A stretch of 60,741 nt of DNA from Clostridia bacterium (GCA_900766895.1 CAAFXF010000065.1:1-60741), one strand, 5' to 3'. Numbered from the stretch's first letter, positions 12,144-21,815 are shown. Numbers and translations: made by a program. Notes: generated from the sequence alone by a model not told the origin.

Positions 12144-12165
12144 GTTATTGACATATGTCAATAAC
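12144..12165. promoter_or_regulatory. perfect 22-bp palindromic operator overlapping the -35 of the DUF134-pflB promoter
   Basis: GTTATTGACATATGTCAATAAC; the minus strand gives TTGACA-N16-TATAAT. Confidence 0.75.
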
Positions 12166-12199
12166 TTTTTTCAACTTTTTCAAATTCTTACATATGTAT

Positions 12200-12237
12200 A
12201 AAAAACCGCCCTGAATTTTCATCAAATTCAAGGCGGT
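12200..12237 (-). terminator. intrinsic terminator
   Basis: ACCGCC.TGAATTT/AAATTCA.GGCGGT stem followed by a T-run on the minus strand. Confidence 0.7.
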
Positions 12238-12250
12238 AAATTCCACAGTA

Positions 12251-12853
12251 TTAAAGACTTTTTACATAATCGCAAATCACATCGCAAATCTTATCCTCGC
12301 TCATTTTTGAGGTTGAAAAGCACATTGCATAATTGCTTGCCTTGCCCCACCTTCCGTCGCCGAGGAAATTATAATACGAGGCACGCTCTCTGTCCCTTTG
12401 CTCAACAAACCTACGTGCGTTGCGAGGCTTATCGGAGGCATCACTCTTTAGGTATCGTTCAACTCTGTCCTCAATATCAGCACCGATAAACACAGGGATA
12501 ACCTCTATCCCCTCTACGTCCTCAAGTATTTTGTCTGCACGCCTGCCGACTATTACACACGGTCCTTCGTCGGCGGCATTTTCTATAACTCTTCGCTGCG
12601 CCTCAAGCACCTTGCCCGAATTAACGGCATTGTCGATTGAGTACGGGTCCATAACAACAGAAAACAAAAACGAGCGAGTAGGCTGTTCGTCAAACATCTC
12701 AAACAAGCCCTCGTCAATGCCAATCTCACGCGAGCGTTCACGAAGCTCATCCTTGTCAAAATAAGCAATGCCCAACCTCTCGGCAACCTTTTTGCCTATT
12801 TCCTTACCGCCCGAGCAATACTCTCTGCCGATAGCGATTACATATTTTTTCAT
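12251..12853 (-). CDS. cytidylate kinase-like family protein
   Basis: VIAIGREYCSGGKEIG, GPCVIVGRRAD, D.ERASYYNF....WG...NY. Confidence 0.85.
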   Translation of the reverse strand: MKKYVIAIGREYCSGGKEIGKKVAERLGIAYFDKDELRERSREIGIDEGLFEMFDEQPTRSFLFSVVMDPYSIDNAVNSGKVLEAQRRVIENAADEGPCVIVGRRADKILEDVEGIEVIPVFIGADIEDRVERYLKSDASDKPRNARRFVEQRDRERASYYNFLGDGRWGKASNYAMCFSTSKMSEDKICDVICDYVKSL

Positions 12854-12869
12854 ATTGTACCTTGCACCC

Positions 12870-13451
12870 CTATTTCAAATCCTTAACGGTCATATTGTCC
12901 ATATTATCGTTTTCAATATAGTCAATCATACTGTCAAATTGAGTTTCGTCAAACACTGCAAAAAGTCGCTCGCAGTTTGGCTTGATGAACTCGGTGTCAA
13001 TAGCGTACTTAATTGTATCAACAAGCAAATCGTAGTAGCCGTCAATGTTGTAAATTGCGATTGGCTTTCTGTGTCTGCCGAGCTGTTTAAGAGTAAGCAC
13101 CTCAAAGAGCTCCTCAAATGTGCCCGAGCCGCCCGGTGTGATAATAAAGGCGTCAGACAAATCCTCCATAATCCCCTTGCGCTCACGCATGGTTTGGGTA
13201 ACAGTGAGTTCATCACAGCCCCAATTTACAAATTCATCCAAATCTTCCTTAAAAAATTCCGGAACAACTCCGTGAATTTTGCCTCCGCCCTTCTTAAAGC
13301 CTCTTGAAACAGCGCCCATTTCACCGGTGGCGCCTGCACCGAAAACAAGATTGTGTCCGTGTCTTGCAAGATATTCGCCCATTGCCTCAACAGGCTTTAT
13401 GTATTTTTCATCTATCGTTTTGCTTGCCGCACCGAAAACACAAATATTCAT
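12870..13451 (-). CDS. LOG family (TIGR00730) nucleotide phosphoribohydrolase
   Basis: ICVFGAA, MRERK, PGGSGTFEEL motif. Confidence 0.9.
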   Translation of the reverse strand: MNICVFGAASKTIDEKYIKPVEAMGEYLARHGHNLVFGAGATGEMGAVSRGFKKGGGKIHGVVPEFFKEDLDEFVNWGCDELTVTQTMRERKGIMEDLSDAFIITPGGSGTFEELFEVLTLKQLGRHRKPIAIYNIDGYYDLLVDTIKYAIDTEFIKPNCERLFAVFDETQFDSMIDYIENDNMDNMTVKDLK

Positions 13452-13564
13452 ATCATCACCCTATCTTTATTATATATTGTATTAAAAGAATATCACGAAA
13501 ATGCCACGCCGTAAAGCAAAATAAACAAAAGTTAACAAAAAGTTATACAATTATCAAATATATA

Positions 13565-13593
13565 TTGAAATCTCTTCTGATAACATTTATAAT
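13565..13593 (+). promoter_or_regulatory. sigma-A promoter of the galT operon
   Basis: TTGAAA-N17-TATAAT. Confidence 0.6.
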
Positions 13594-13636
13594 ATTTTAG
13601 GACAATTTAGAAACAAAACAGAAAAGAGGTCGTAAT

Positions 13637-15124
13637 ATGAACATCTGCACGGCAATCAAGTCCTTGGTAAAATATGCCATTGACAATGATATGATAAAAA
13701 AAGAGGATGAAATTTGGGCAATTAATTCCGTTTGTCAGGCTCTTGAGATGGATGCCTTTGATGAATGTGAATCAGAAAACGCAGAATTGCAGGATATTTT
13801 AGCCTCAATTCTTGACTACGCAACCAAAAAAGGACTTTGCGAGGACAGCGTTGTATACAAAGATTTGTTTGATACAAAAATTATGGGCATACTAACTCCG
13901 AAGCCAAGCGAGGTTATTTCCAAATTCAATGCTCTGTACAATGAATCAAAGGAAGCTGCTACGGATTACTACTACAAGCTTTGCTGTGACAGCGACTACA
14001 TTCGCAGATACAGAATTAAAAACGACCTGAAGTGGATTACAAAAACAGAATACGGCGACATCGACATAACCGTTAATCTGTCAAAGCCCGAAAAGGACCC
14101 AAAGGCTATTGCAGCAGCGCTAAAGATGAAGGCAACATCATATCCGAAGTGTCTTCTTTGCAAGGAAAACGAGGGCTATGCAGGAAGAATCAATCACCCT
14201 GCAAGGCAAAACCACCGCATAATTCCCATGGTGCTCGGCGGTGATGATTTCTTTATGCAGTATTCACCGTATGTTTACTACAACGAGCATTGCATAGTTT
14301 TTAACGCAGAGCATACGCCAATGAAAATTGACCGCAGTGCATTTGTTAAGCTTCTTGATTTTGTTGAAAAATTCCCGCACTACTTTGTAGGCTCAAACGC
14401 AGACCTGCCGATAGTAGGCGGTTCAATCCTTACACACGAGCATTTTCAGGGCGGTAATTACGAATTTGCAATGGCAAAGGCACCGATTGAAACAAAGGTT
14501 GCCTTTGACGGCTTTGATGATGTTGAGGCAGGAATTGTTAAATGGCCTATGAGCGTTATCAGAATTGCAGGCACAGACAAGGCAAGGCTTGTTGAGCTTG
14601 CAGACAGGATATTAACAGCTTGGAGAGGATACACCGATGAGGAGTCATTTATTTTTGCCGAAACCGACGGTGTACCTCACAACACAATAACACCTATCGC
14701 AAGAATGAGAAACGGCAAATTCGAGCTTGACCTCGTTTTGCGCAACAACATCACAACCGAGGAATGTCCGCTCGGCTACTATCATCCGCATCCCGAGTAC
14801 CACCACATCAAGAAGGAAAACATCGGGCTTATTGAGGTTATGGGACTTGCAGTTTTGCCAAGCAGACTCAAAAACGAAATGGCTCTTCTCGGCGAGGCTA
14901 TGGTTAACGGTGAGGACATCGGCGCAAACGAAGCCATTGCATCACACAAGGAATGGGCGGATATGATTGCCGACAAGTACGAAATTAACGCAGACAATAT
15001 TGATGACATTCTTAAAAAGGAAATCGGTATTGTTTTTACATCAATTCTTGCTCAATGCGGAGTGTACTCTCGTGATGACGAGGGCAAGGCAGGATTTTTG
15101 AAATTTATAAAAAGCGTGAGATAA
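13637..15124 (+). CDS. galT: galactose-1-phosphate uridylyltransferase (class II)
   Basis: NLSKPEKDPKAIAAA, YPKCLLCKENEGYAGR, GSNADLPIVGGSILTHEHFQGG. Confidence 0.95.
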   Translation: MNICTAIKSLVKYAIDNDMIKKEDEIWAINSVCQALEMDAFDECESENAELQDILASILDYATKKGLCEDSVVYKDLFDTKIMGILTPKPSEVISKFNALYNESKEAATDYYYKLCCDSDYIRRYRIKNDLKWITKTEYGDIDITVNLSKPEKDPKAIAAALKMKATSYPKCLLCKENEGYAGRINHPARQNHRIIPMVLGGDDFFMQYSPYVYYNEHCIVFNAEHTPMKIDRSAFVKLLDFVEKFPHYFVGSNADLPIVGGSILTHEHFQGGNYEFAMAKAPIETKVAFDGFDDVEAGIVKWPMSVIRIAGTDKARLVELADRILTAWRGYTDEESFIFAETDGVPHNTITPIARMRNGKFELDLVLRNNITTEECPLGYYHPHPEYHHIKKENIGLIEVMGLAVLPSRLKNEMALLGEAMVNGEDIGANEAIASHKEWADMIADKYEINADNIDDILKKEIGIVFTSILAQCGVYSRDDEGKAGFLKFIKSVR

Positions 15125-15125
15125 T

Positions 15126-15923
15126 ATGTATAACCTTCATAATCATACATTCAGATGCGGTCATGCAACGGGGCAGGACGAGGATTACGTTCTTGAAGCC
15201 ATCAAAAACGGCTACACCGTTATGGGCTTTTCCGACCATGCTCCGTATGCTTTTCCAAACGGACACAAAAGCGGATACAGGATCAGTCTTGACGACACAC
15301 AGAACTATGTAAGCTCTGTAAGAGCTTTGCAGGAAAAGTACAAAAGCATTATCGACATCAAGCTTGGATTTGAGCTTGAATACTTCCCTGATTTGTTCGA
15401 CAAAGAGATTGAATACCTCAAGAGCTTTAAGTATGATTATTTAATTCTCGGTCAGCATTACACCGACAATGAATACGAGCCATATGCAAAGTATTCAGGA
15501 ACAGCAACAGACTCCGTTGCTGTTTTGGATAAATACATTTCACAGGTTATTATGGGTGCAAAAACGGGATTATTCACCTACATTGCTCATCCGGATTTGA
15601 TAAATTTTACAGGTGACAGACAGGTTTATATAAACAAAATGACCTACTTTATTGAACGATTAAAGCAACTGGATATTCCGCTTGAATTTAACTTTTTGGG
15701 ATTCACAACAAAGCGAAATTATCCAAACCGTGATTTTTGGGGAATAGTTGCAAAAGCAGGCAATCGAGTTCTCATCGGACTTGATGCACATAATCCGAAT
15801 GTTTACAGCGACAAAGAAAACCTTGAGAAAGCAAAGGAATATCTTAACAGCTTCGGCATTACACCTATGGAGCTTAAGGATTTAAGACTTGTTAACCGGG
15901 AGGGCAGATATGAACAATTTTAG
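15126..15923 (+). CDS. PHP-domain phosphatase (histidinol-phosphatase family)
   Basis: HNHT..CGHA, GFSDH, GQH, AHPD, DAH metal ligands. Confidence 0.85.
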   Translation: MYNLHNHTFRCGHATGQDEDYVLEAIKNGYTVMGFSDHAPYAFPNGHKSGYRISLDDTQNYVSSVRALQEKYKSIIDIKLGFELEYFPDLFDKEIEYLKSFKYDYLILGQHYTDNEYEPYAKYSGTATDSVAVLDKYISQVIMGAKTGLFTYIAHPDLINFTGDRQVYINKMTYFIERLKQLDIPLEFNFLGFTTKRNYPNRDFWGIVAKAGNRVLIGLDAHNPNVYSDKENLEKAKEYLNSFGITPMELKDLRLVNREGRYEQF

Positions 15924-17217
15924 ACAATGGGCAAAAACTCCTCCGTGCGGATGGAACAGCTGGGACTGCTTTGGTGCCGGAGTAACCGAAAAGGAGCTTA
16001 TTGCAAACGCCGATTACATGGCAAAAAACCTTAAGCAGTACGGCTGGGAATACATTGTGTGCGACATACAATGGTATGAGCCAAAGGCAAGAAGCAACGA
16101 TTATAATAATTTTACCGAGCTTTGTATGGACGAATACGGCAGGCTGATTCCTGCCGAAAACAGATTTCCAAGCTCGGCAAACGGCAAGGGCTTCAAGCCT
16201 ATTGCAGATTATGTTCATTCGCTTGGGCTAAAGTTTGGCATACACATTATGCGCGGTATTCCGCGTCAGGCAGTACATCAAAACTGTCCTATTTATAACA
16301 GTGACAAAACCTGCAGAGAGGTTGCGCATCATTTTTCCGTATGCTCTTGGAACACCGATATGTACGGTATGTACAACTGCGAGGGTGCGCAGGAATACTA
16401 TAATTCAATCATAAATATGTACGCCGATTGGGGCGTTGACTTCATAAAGTGTGACGACATTGCCGTTACCGAATTCAGAAAATGGGATAATCCTTACACA
16501 GCCGATTACGAAATTGAAATGCTCCGTAAGGCAATAGACAGCTGCGGCAGAGAAATTGTGCTTTCGCTGTCGCCGGGGCCTGCACTTAGGGAAAAAGCCG
16601 ACCACCTTTGCAAAAATGCAAATATGTGGCGAATGACCGGTGACTTTTGGGATTTGTGGGAGCATCTGTACGTTATGTTTGACAAATGCTACGAATGGCA
16701 GGGCGTAAGACAGATGGGCAACTATCCCGACTGTGATATGCTTCCGATAGGCAGAATATCAAAGCTTTGCTCATATCACGGAGCACAAAACAGAATGTCA
16801 AATTTCACAAGAGATGAGCATTACACGCTTATGTCACTTTGGGGAATATTCGGCAGTCCGTTATTCATCGGCGCAAATATGCCCGAAAACGACGAGTTCA
16901 CCTTGTCTCTGTTGACCAATGCAGATTATATGACAATGCACAGAGAATCCAAAAATCCGTATCAGCTTGTCAGAGAAGAAAAAAACAACAAGGGCTACAT
17001 AATTTGGTGCTCGCAGGGCAAGAGCTGTAAATATCTTGCCGTGTTCAACACCGACACAAAGGCTAAAAAAATCAAAGCCGACCTTGGTAAATTTCTTATG
17101 CCCGACACTCAATACGAGGTATATGACATTTGGCAAAAGACTTGCATAGGCAAAGCAAAGAACAGCATCACACTTGAGGTTCAGCCTCACGGTGCAAGGC
17201 TTGTAAAAATCAAATAG
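15910..17217 (+). CDS. glycoside hydrolase family 27 (alpha-galactosidase / beta-L-arabinopyranosidase-like)
   Basis: TPPCGWNSWD, DIQWY, WGVDFIKCDD, MWRMTGDFWD, PDCDMLPIG. Confidence 0.9.
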   Translation: MNNFRQWAKTPPCGWNSWDCFGAGVTEKELIANADYMAKNLKQYGWEYIVCDIQWYEPKARSNDYNNFTELCMDEYGRLIPAENRFPSSANGKGFKPIADYVHSLGLKFGIHIMRGIPRQAVHQNCPIYNSDKTCREVAHHFSVCSWNTDMYGMYNCEGAQEYYNSIINMYADWGVDFIKCDDIAVTEFRKWDNPYTADYEIEMLRKAIDSCGREIVLSLSPGPALREKADHLCKNANMWRMTGDFWDLWEHLYVMFDKCYEWQGVRQMGNYPDCDMLPIGRISKLCSYHGAQNRMSNFTRDEHYTLMSLWGIFGSPLFIGANMPENDEFTLSLLTNADYMTMHRESKNPYQLVREEKNNKGYIIWCSQGKSCKYLAVFNTDTKAKKIKADLGKFLMPDTQYEVYDIWQKTCIGKAKNSITLEVQPHGARLVKIK

Positions 17218-17299
17218 GCAAAACAGGTTGAGCATTTTGAACTGCCCCAAGTTGTGCAGACAGCACAAAAACAGACTAGCAATGGTAGAAGATTAAAAT

Positions 17300-18154
17300 T
17301 TAAGCAACAAACTGATTTCGTTTTTCAAGCGGAGTCAGTTTTGTTTTTGTTTGAATACGATATTTGTTGTAAAAGTTGATGTATTCGGATATGAGGAGGC
17401 TAGCCTCCTCATATACGGCGAGTTTAACTCGGTGGATGCACTCAGTCTTTAGAATTGAAAAGAAATTTTCAGCTAATGCATTGTCGTATGGATTTCCACG
17501 TCTTGACATTGACGGCGTTATGCCGTAAGATTGTGTTAGCGTAAAATATTCATGTGAGACATATTGTGCGCCTTGGTCACTGTGGAGCTGCAACTCTGCA
17601 GTGACCTTTTCCTTTCTCATAGCTTCTTTAACAGTATCAAGTACGAGCTTGATTGTCATATTTCTTGATATTTGATATGATACAATACTGTTGTCATACA
17701 AATCTCTGATTACTGACAGATAACAATTTCCATCTTTTGTTGGTATGTATGATATGTCAGTAACCCACTTTTGATTTGGTCTATCAGCAGTAAATTCTCT
17801 GTTTAACAAGTTAGGATATTTATGCAAATGCTCTGACACATACTTATACTTCTTTCTACGTACTACTGATAGCAAATTGTACTTTTGCATTACACGAAGT
17901 ACGGTTTTTGGATTCTTGTATATTCCTCGTCTTTCAAGCCAGATATGTACCCTGCGGTAACCATAAGTATTATTGCTTTCCTGTTGGCATTCTTTTATTT
18001 TCTCTGCAAGCTGCAAATCTTTATCCGGTATATCTTTTCTCTTTAAGTACGCATAATATCCACTACGTGACACACTAAAAAATCTGCACATTTCACTAAT
18101 GCTATACCTATTCTTGTGCTTAAATATTACTTGATATTTTATTAATGGCTTCAC
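17300..18154 (-). CDS. IS3 transposase OrfB (DDE)
   Basis: YGYRR, WVTDISY, LHSDQGAQY, SRRGNPYDNALAENFFSILKTE. Confidence 0.95.
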   Translation of the reverse strand: MKPLIKYQVIFKHKNRYSISEMCRFFSVSRSGYYAYLKRKDIPDKDLQLAEKIKECQQESNNTYGYRRVHIWLERRGIYKNPKTVLRVMQKYNLLSVVRRKKYKYVSEHLHKYPNLLNREFTADRPNQKWVTDISYIPTKDGNCYLSVIRDLYDNSIVSYQISRNMTIKLVLDTVKEAMRKEKVTAELQLHSDQGAQYVSHEYFTLTQSYGITPSMSRRGNPYDNALAENFFSILKTECIHRVKLAVYEEASLLISEYINFYNKYRIQTKTKLTPLEKRNQFVA

Positions 18155-18498
18155 ATCCTTTCTGTGAGCGAGAGAAAATCCCGCATCAATTCATTTTCCA
18201 TCTCTAATTGTTTTATGTATTTCTCTTGGCTTGCCATTACATATCTCATTTGTGACAACTCGCTTAATCTTTGCACCGATACCGGTAACTCATTTTCACT
18301 TTTATGTACTCTTCTTTTGTTGCCAATCTGTCCACTGGCTATTTTTTCATTTTTTCTGTTTCTTCTCTTTATGAAACCTCGAATTTGTTCTCGTGTCATT
18401 CCTAAATGCTCTGCTATTTCTCTATTTGTATATCCTTGTTCCCTCATTTCTATTATTTCTTTTCCATACTTACTTACTTGTTTGTATACTTTTGCCAT
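18151..18498 (-). CDS. IS3 transposase OrfA (HTH + leucine zipper)
   Basis: HTH REIAEHLG, C-terminal LEMENELMRDFL; GTGA overlap with orfB; AGGAGG RBS. Confidence 0.85.
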   Translation of the reverse strand: MAKVYKQVSKYGKEIIEMREQGYTNREIAEHLGMTREQIRGFIKRRNRKNEKIASGQIGNKRRVHKSENELPVSVQRLSELSQMRYVMASQEKYIKQLEMENELMRDFLSLTERM

Positions 18499-18575
18499 AA
18501 AATTATCCCTCCTAGTGTTTATTCTACACCAAGAGGGGTCTTTTTTCCATTGTCTATTTTTTACGGACTTGTTCA

Positions 18576-18589
18576 CAATAAGGGGAGCC
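18576..18589. repeat. truncated right arm of a REP hairpin abutting the IS end
   Basis: CAATAAGGGGAGCC, identical to the ends of the copies finishing at 19984 and 27281. Confidence 0.75.
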
Positions 18590-18600
18590 TAAATATATTA

Positions 18601-18630
18601 AAAAACGCAGTTCAAACGAACTGCGTTTTT
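18601..18630. terminator. terminator of the rpsF-ssb-rpsR operon (bidirectional)
   Basis: AAAAACGCAGTTC-aaac-GAACTGCGTTTTT. Confidence 0.85.
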
Positions 18631-18638
18631 GTTTTTTA

Positions 18639-18875
18639 TCAGTCTGATGTGTATGGCAAAAGAGCGAGATGTCTTGCTCTCTTGATAGCTGTTGTAAGCA
18701 TTCTCTGGTGCTTTGCGCAAGTACCTGTTACACGACGTGGAAGGATCTTTGAACGCTCTGAAACAAACTTCTTGAGCTTCTGTGTGTCCTTGTAATCAAT
18801 GCTTTCAGCCTTATCTACACAAAATTGACAAACCTTTCTACGGCTCTTTCTTGGGCCTTTAGCGTTATATGCCAT
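18639..18875 (-). CDS. rpsR: 30S ribosomal protein S18
   Basis: RRKVCQFC...IDYKD...[20 protein letters not shown]...AIKRAR..ALLPY (Zn-binding C+ form). Confidence 0.97.
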   Translation of the reverse strand: MAYNAKGPRKSRRKVCQFCVDKAESIDYKDTQKLKKFVSERSKILPRRVTGTCAKHQRMLTTAIKRARHLALLPYTSD

Positions 18876-18898
18876 TTTGATTTCCTCCTTAATTAATG

Positions 18899-19336
18899 TT
18901 AGAACGGAAGGTCATCGTCCTCGTCAACAATTTCTTCAAAATCACTGTTGTCTGCACTTGCATAGCTTGGAGCAGGCTCGTTAAATCCGCCTGCAACAGC
19001 ACCTGTGCCCGATTCATTCTTTGAACCGCAGAATGAAACGTTGTTAGCAAGAACCTCAACCTGTTTTCTTTGGTTACCGTTTTTGTCGGTATAACTGCTT
19101 GTTTGAAGAGTACCCTCAACAGCAATCATTGAGCCCTTGTGAAAATAGCGAGAGATGAACTCTGCTGTCTGTCTCCAAGCAACACAGTCGATGAAATCTG
19201 CCTGTCTTTCCTGGCCTGCACGCTGAAAATTCCTGTCGCACGCAACCTGAAAACGAATAACAGATACACCTGCCGGTGTTGTTTTGAGCTCAGGCTCAAA
19301 TGTAAGTCTACCCATTAGGGCTACCATATTAATCAT
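18899..19336 (-). CDS. ssb: single-stranded DNA-binding protein
   Basis: OB fold, ADFIDCVAW, acidic DDDLPF tail. Confidence 0.97.
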   Translation of the reverse strand: MINMVALMGRLTFEPELKTTPAGVSVIRFQVACDRNFQRAGQERQADFIDCVAWRQTAEFISRYFHKGSMIAVEGTLQTSSYTDKNGNQRKQVEVLANNVSFCGSKNESGTGAVAGGFNEPAPSYASADNSDFEEIVDEDDDLPF

Positions 19337-19350
19337 AGTATGCCTCCTAA

Positions 19351-19641
19351 TTATTCGCCTTTAGCGACGATAAGTGAACGCAAAACGCCGTCTGTAATGT
19401 TAATTACACGGTCAAGCTCTGCAGGGAAAGACTCTTCTGATGAGAAGTTGATAAGAACATAGTAACCGTCAGCCTCGTAGTTGATAGGGTAAGCAAGCTT
19501 TTTCTTGCCCCAATCCTCTACTTCGCCGAGAGTGCCATTCTTTGAGATGAGGTCAGTGAACTTTGTCTTAAGAGCGTTTACTGCCTCCTCTCCCTTTGAA
19601 AGAGAGAAAACCATTACGATTTCGTAGTCTTTTAATGCCAT
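19351..19641 (-). CDS. rpsF: 30S ribosomal protein S6
   Basis: YEIVMV, WGKKKLAYPI, GYY, VLRSLIV. Confidence 0.96.
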   Translation of the reverse strand: MALKDYEIVMVFSLSKGEEAVNALKTKFTDLISKNGTLGEVEDWGKKKLAYPINYEADGYYVLINFSSEESFPAELDRVINITDGVLRSLIVAKGE

Positions 19642-19650
19642 TCTTCAGCA

Positions 19651-19690
19651 CCTCCTTTTGGACTTTGGCGTATTTTCCATACGCAAGGAT
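19651..19690 (-). ncRNA. S6:S18 ribosomal protein leader (cis-regulatory)
   Basis: ATCCTTGCGTAT-ggaaa-ATACGCCAAAGTCCAAAAGGAGG; the CCTT...AAGGAGG outer stem sequesters the rpsF RBS, as in the Firmicute S6:S18 leader. Confidence 0.65.
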
Positions 19691-19724
19691 ATTACTTGCA
19701 ACAAGACACTTTGCAAGCCTTGTT

Positions 19725-19753
19725 ATTATATCAGCATAAGAGCAAGATGTCAA
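19725..19753 (-). promoter_or_regulatory. consensus sigma-A promoter of rpsF
   Basis: TTGACA-N17-TATAAT. Confidence 0.85.
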
Positions 19754-19760
19754 GACTTTT

Positions 19761-19937
19761 TTATTTGAAGCAGTTTTGCTTCTCGTCGTACTCAAAGCCG
19801 ATGGCTGAAAGAGTATCCAAAATATGCTCCTTGCTTTCGCCCATATCGTCGCAAAGTGCGTCGAGCGAGGAATAGCAATCACGAAGCTTTGTGTTAACTA
19901 CACTGTACATAATAAACGGGTCCTGCGGTAATGCCAT
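19761..19937 (-). CDS. DUF4250 family small protein (58 aa; absent from the ORF track)
   Basis: Manual translation MALPQDPFIMYSVVNTKLRDCYSSLDALCDDMGESKEHILDTLSAIGFEYDEKQNCFK; AAGGAG RBS. Confidence 0.85.
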   Translation of the reverse strand: MALPQDPFIMYSVVNTKLRDCYSSLDALCDDMGESKEHILDTLSAIGFEYDEKQNCFK

Positions 19938-19961
19938 AATGTCTCCTTTGAAATATAATAA

Positions 19962-19984
19962 CTCCCCTTACAATAAGGGGAGCC
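19962..19984. repeat. isolated REP hairpin
   Basis: CTCCCCTTA-caa-TAAGGGGAGCC, just after the ABC ATPase stop. Confidence 0.75.
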
Positions 19985-19994
19985 AAGATTTGTT

Positions 19995-20801
19995 TTATTG
20001 CTCGGCTTCGGAGAGAAGAATCTTGTCGTCCTCAAGCTCCTCACCCGATGTAAGCTTAAACTTTGCAAGCAAATCTGCGGTGGTAAGAGCCTTCTTTTCC
20101 TCACCCTGAACATCATAAATAATCTTGCCGTCGTTCATCATAACAAGTCGGTTGCCGATATTGATAGCATCCTTCATATTATGAGTAATCATAATGGTGG
20201 TAAGGTGATTTTCGGCAACGATTTGCTCTGTGAGGTCAAGCACCTTCTTTGCGGTTTTAGGGTCAAGCGCTGCCGTGTGCTCATCAAGAAGCAAAAGCTT
20301 TGGCTTGCGAATAGTTGCCATAAGCAATGTTACTGCCTGACGCTGACCGCCCGAAAGAAGACCTACCTTTGATGTGAGTCTGTCCTCAAGACCAAGGTCA
20401 AGGCTTGCAAGCATCTTCTTGTACGCTTCCTTTTCCTTATGCTTTACACCCGGTCCGAGACCTCTGTGCGAGCCTCGTCTTGAAGCGAGTGCAAGGTTTT
20501 CAATAATCTGCATACTTGCAGCAGTACCGTTCATAGGGTCCTGGAACACTCTGCCGATATATTTTGCTCTTTTATGCTCCGGAAGCTTTGTAACATCAAC
20601 GCCGTCAATGGTGATTGAACCGCAATCCACAGGATAAACACCTGCAACCATATTAAGCATTGTGGATTTACCTGCACCGTTACCGCCGATAACTGTTACA
20701 AAATCACCCTCATTGAGCACAAGGTCAATGCCGTTAAGTGCCTTTTTTTCATTAATGGTACCCGGATTGAAGGTTTTGTGAACATTCTTAATTTCAAGCA
20801 T
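19995..20801 (-). CDS. ABC transporter ATP-binding protein (putative Trp/Tyr system)
   Basis: GGNGAGKST, LSGGQRQ, LLLDEHTAALDP. Confidence 0.92.
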   Translation of the reverse strand: MLEIKNVHKTFNPGTINEKKALNGIDLVLNEGDFVTVIGGNGAGKSTMLNMVAGVYPVDCGSITIDGVDVTKLPEHKRAKYIGRVFQDPMNGTAASMQIIENLALASRRGSHRGLGPGVKHKEKEAYKKMLASLDLGLEDRLTSKVGLLSGGQRQAVTLLMATIRKPKLLLLDEHTAALDPKTAKKVLDLTEQIVAENHLTTIMITHNMKDAINIGNRLVMMNDGKIIYDVQGEEKKALTTADLLAKFKLTSGEELEDDKILLSEAEQ

Positions 20802-20802
20802 A

Positions 20803-21699
20803 TTACTTAACCTCCTTTACCTTAACGTGAGTTTCTGCATATCTGCTCTTGATGTACGGAATACCCAAGAACACGGCAACAACTGCCGCTGTCAAAAGCT
20901 TAAGGTCATCTGTGTTGAGACCGAGGCTGATTACAAACTGCATTACTACATAGTAGATAATACCGCCGATTGCAACCGACAAAAGCTTGAGTGCAAAGTT
21001 TTTGAATATCTTGCCGAAAAGCACCTCGCCGATGATAACAGCCGCAAGACCGATAACGATAGCACCTCTGCCCATATTAATATCGGAATAGCCCTGATAC
21101 TGTGCCAAAAGTCCGCCTGCAAGCGCAACCAAGCCGTTTGAAATAACAAGAGCAAGGATTTTTGAAGAGTTGATGTTGATACCGTTTGCGCGTGCCATAT
21201 TCATATTTGTACCTGTTGCACGGATTGCGTGGCCGACTTCCGTACCGAAGAACCAGTAAAGGATTGCAATAATAACAAGTACAAAGGCTGTTGCAACAAG
21301 CAATGCCTTGTTAAGCTCTGACATTGTGCAAATCAAATGATACTTGTATGACGACACAGGCTGATTTGCCTTGCCCAAAATGCGAAGATTAATTGAATAC
21401 AGTGCCAGCTGTGTTAAGATACCTGCCAAAATGGGAGGTATGCCGAAAGCAGTGTTGAGCAGACCCGTTACCAAGCCGGCAAGACATCCTGCCGCAAAGG
21501 CAATAACCAACGCAACATACACATTAACACCGTTCATCATGGCTGTAACCAAGGTGGCACCGCCTGTTGCCAAGGTTCCGTCAACGGTAAGATCGGCAAA
21601 ATCGAGCACACGGAAGGTTATGTAAACACCGATAGCCATTATGCCCCATATAAGTCCCTGACCGATAGCACCCGGTATAGCGTTTATAAAGGATCCCAT
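20803..21699 (-). CDS. ABC transporter permease (putative Trp/Tyr system)
   Basis: GVYITFRVLDFADLTVDG, IRATGTN, GLAAVIIGE. Confidence 0.9.
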   Translation of the reverse strand: MGSFINAIPGAIGQGLIWGIMAIGVYITFRVLDFADLTVDGTLATGGATLVTAMMNGVNVYVALVIAFAAGCLAGLVTGLLNTAFGIPPILAGILTQLALYSINLRILGKANQPVSSYKYHLICTMSELNKALLVATAFVLVIIAILYWFFGTEVGHAIRATGTNMNMARANGININSSKILALVISNGLVALAGGLLAQYQGYSDINMGRGAIVIGLAAVIIGEVLFGKIFKNFALKLLSVAIGGIIYYVVMQFVISLGLNTDDLKLLTAAVVAVFLGIPYIKSRYAETHVKVKEVK

Positions 21700-21815
21700 A
21701 AATAATTCCTCTTTTCCTGTAAATACAACTTAAAGAGCAACAAGCATTTGCTCATTGCTCCTTAGCTTCTGTTATTTAATTATACTTTAACGCTTTGAAT
21801 TAGTCAAGTGTCAAA

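Larger units (their letters stand above)
17238..18575 (-). mobile_element. IS3-family (IS150-like) insertion sequence, 1338 bp
   Basis: TG...CA ends; imperfect 25-bp IRs TGAACTGCCCCAAGTTGTGCAGACA / TGAACAAGTCCGTAAAAAATAGACA; orfA+orfB; no target duplication visible. Confidence 0.88.
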
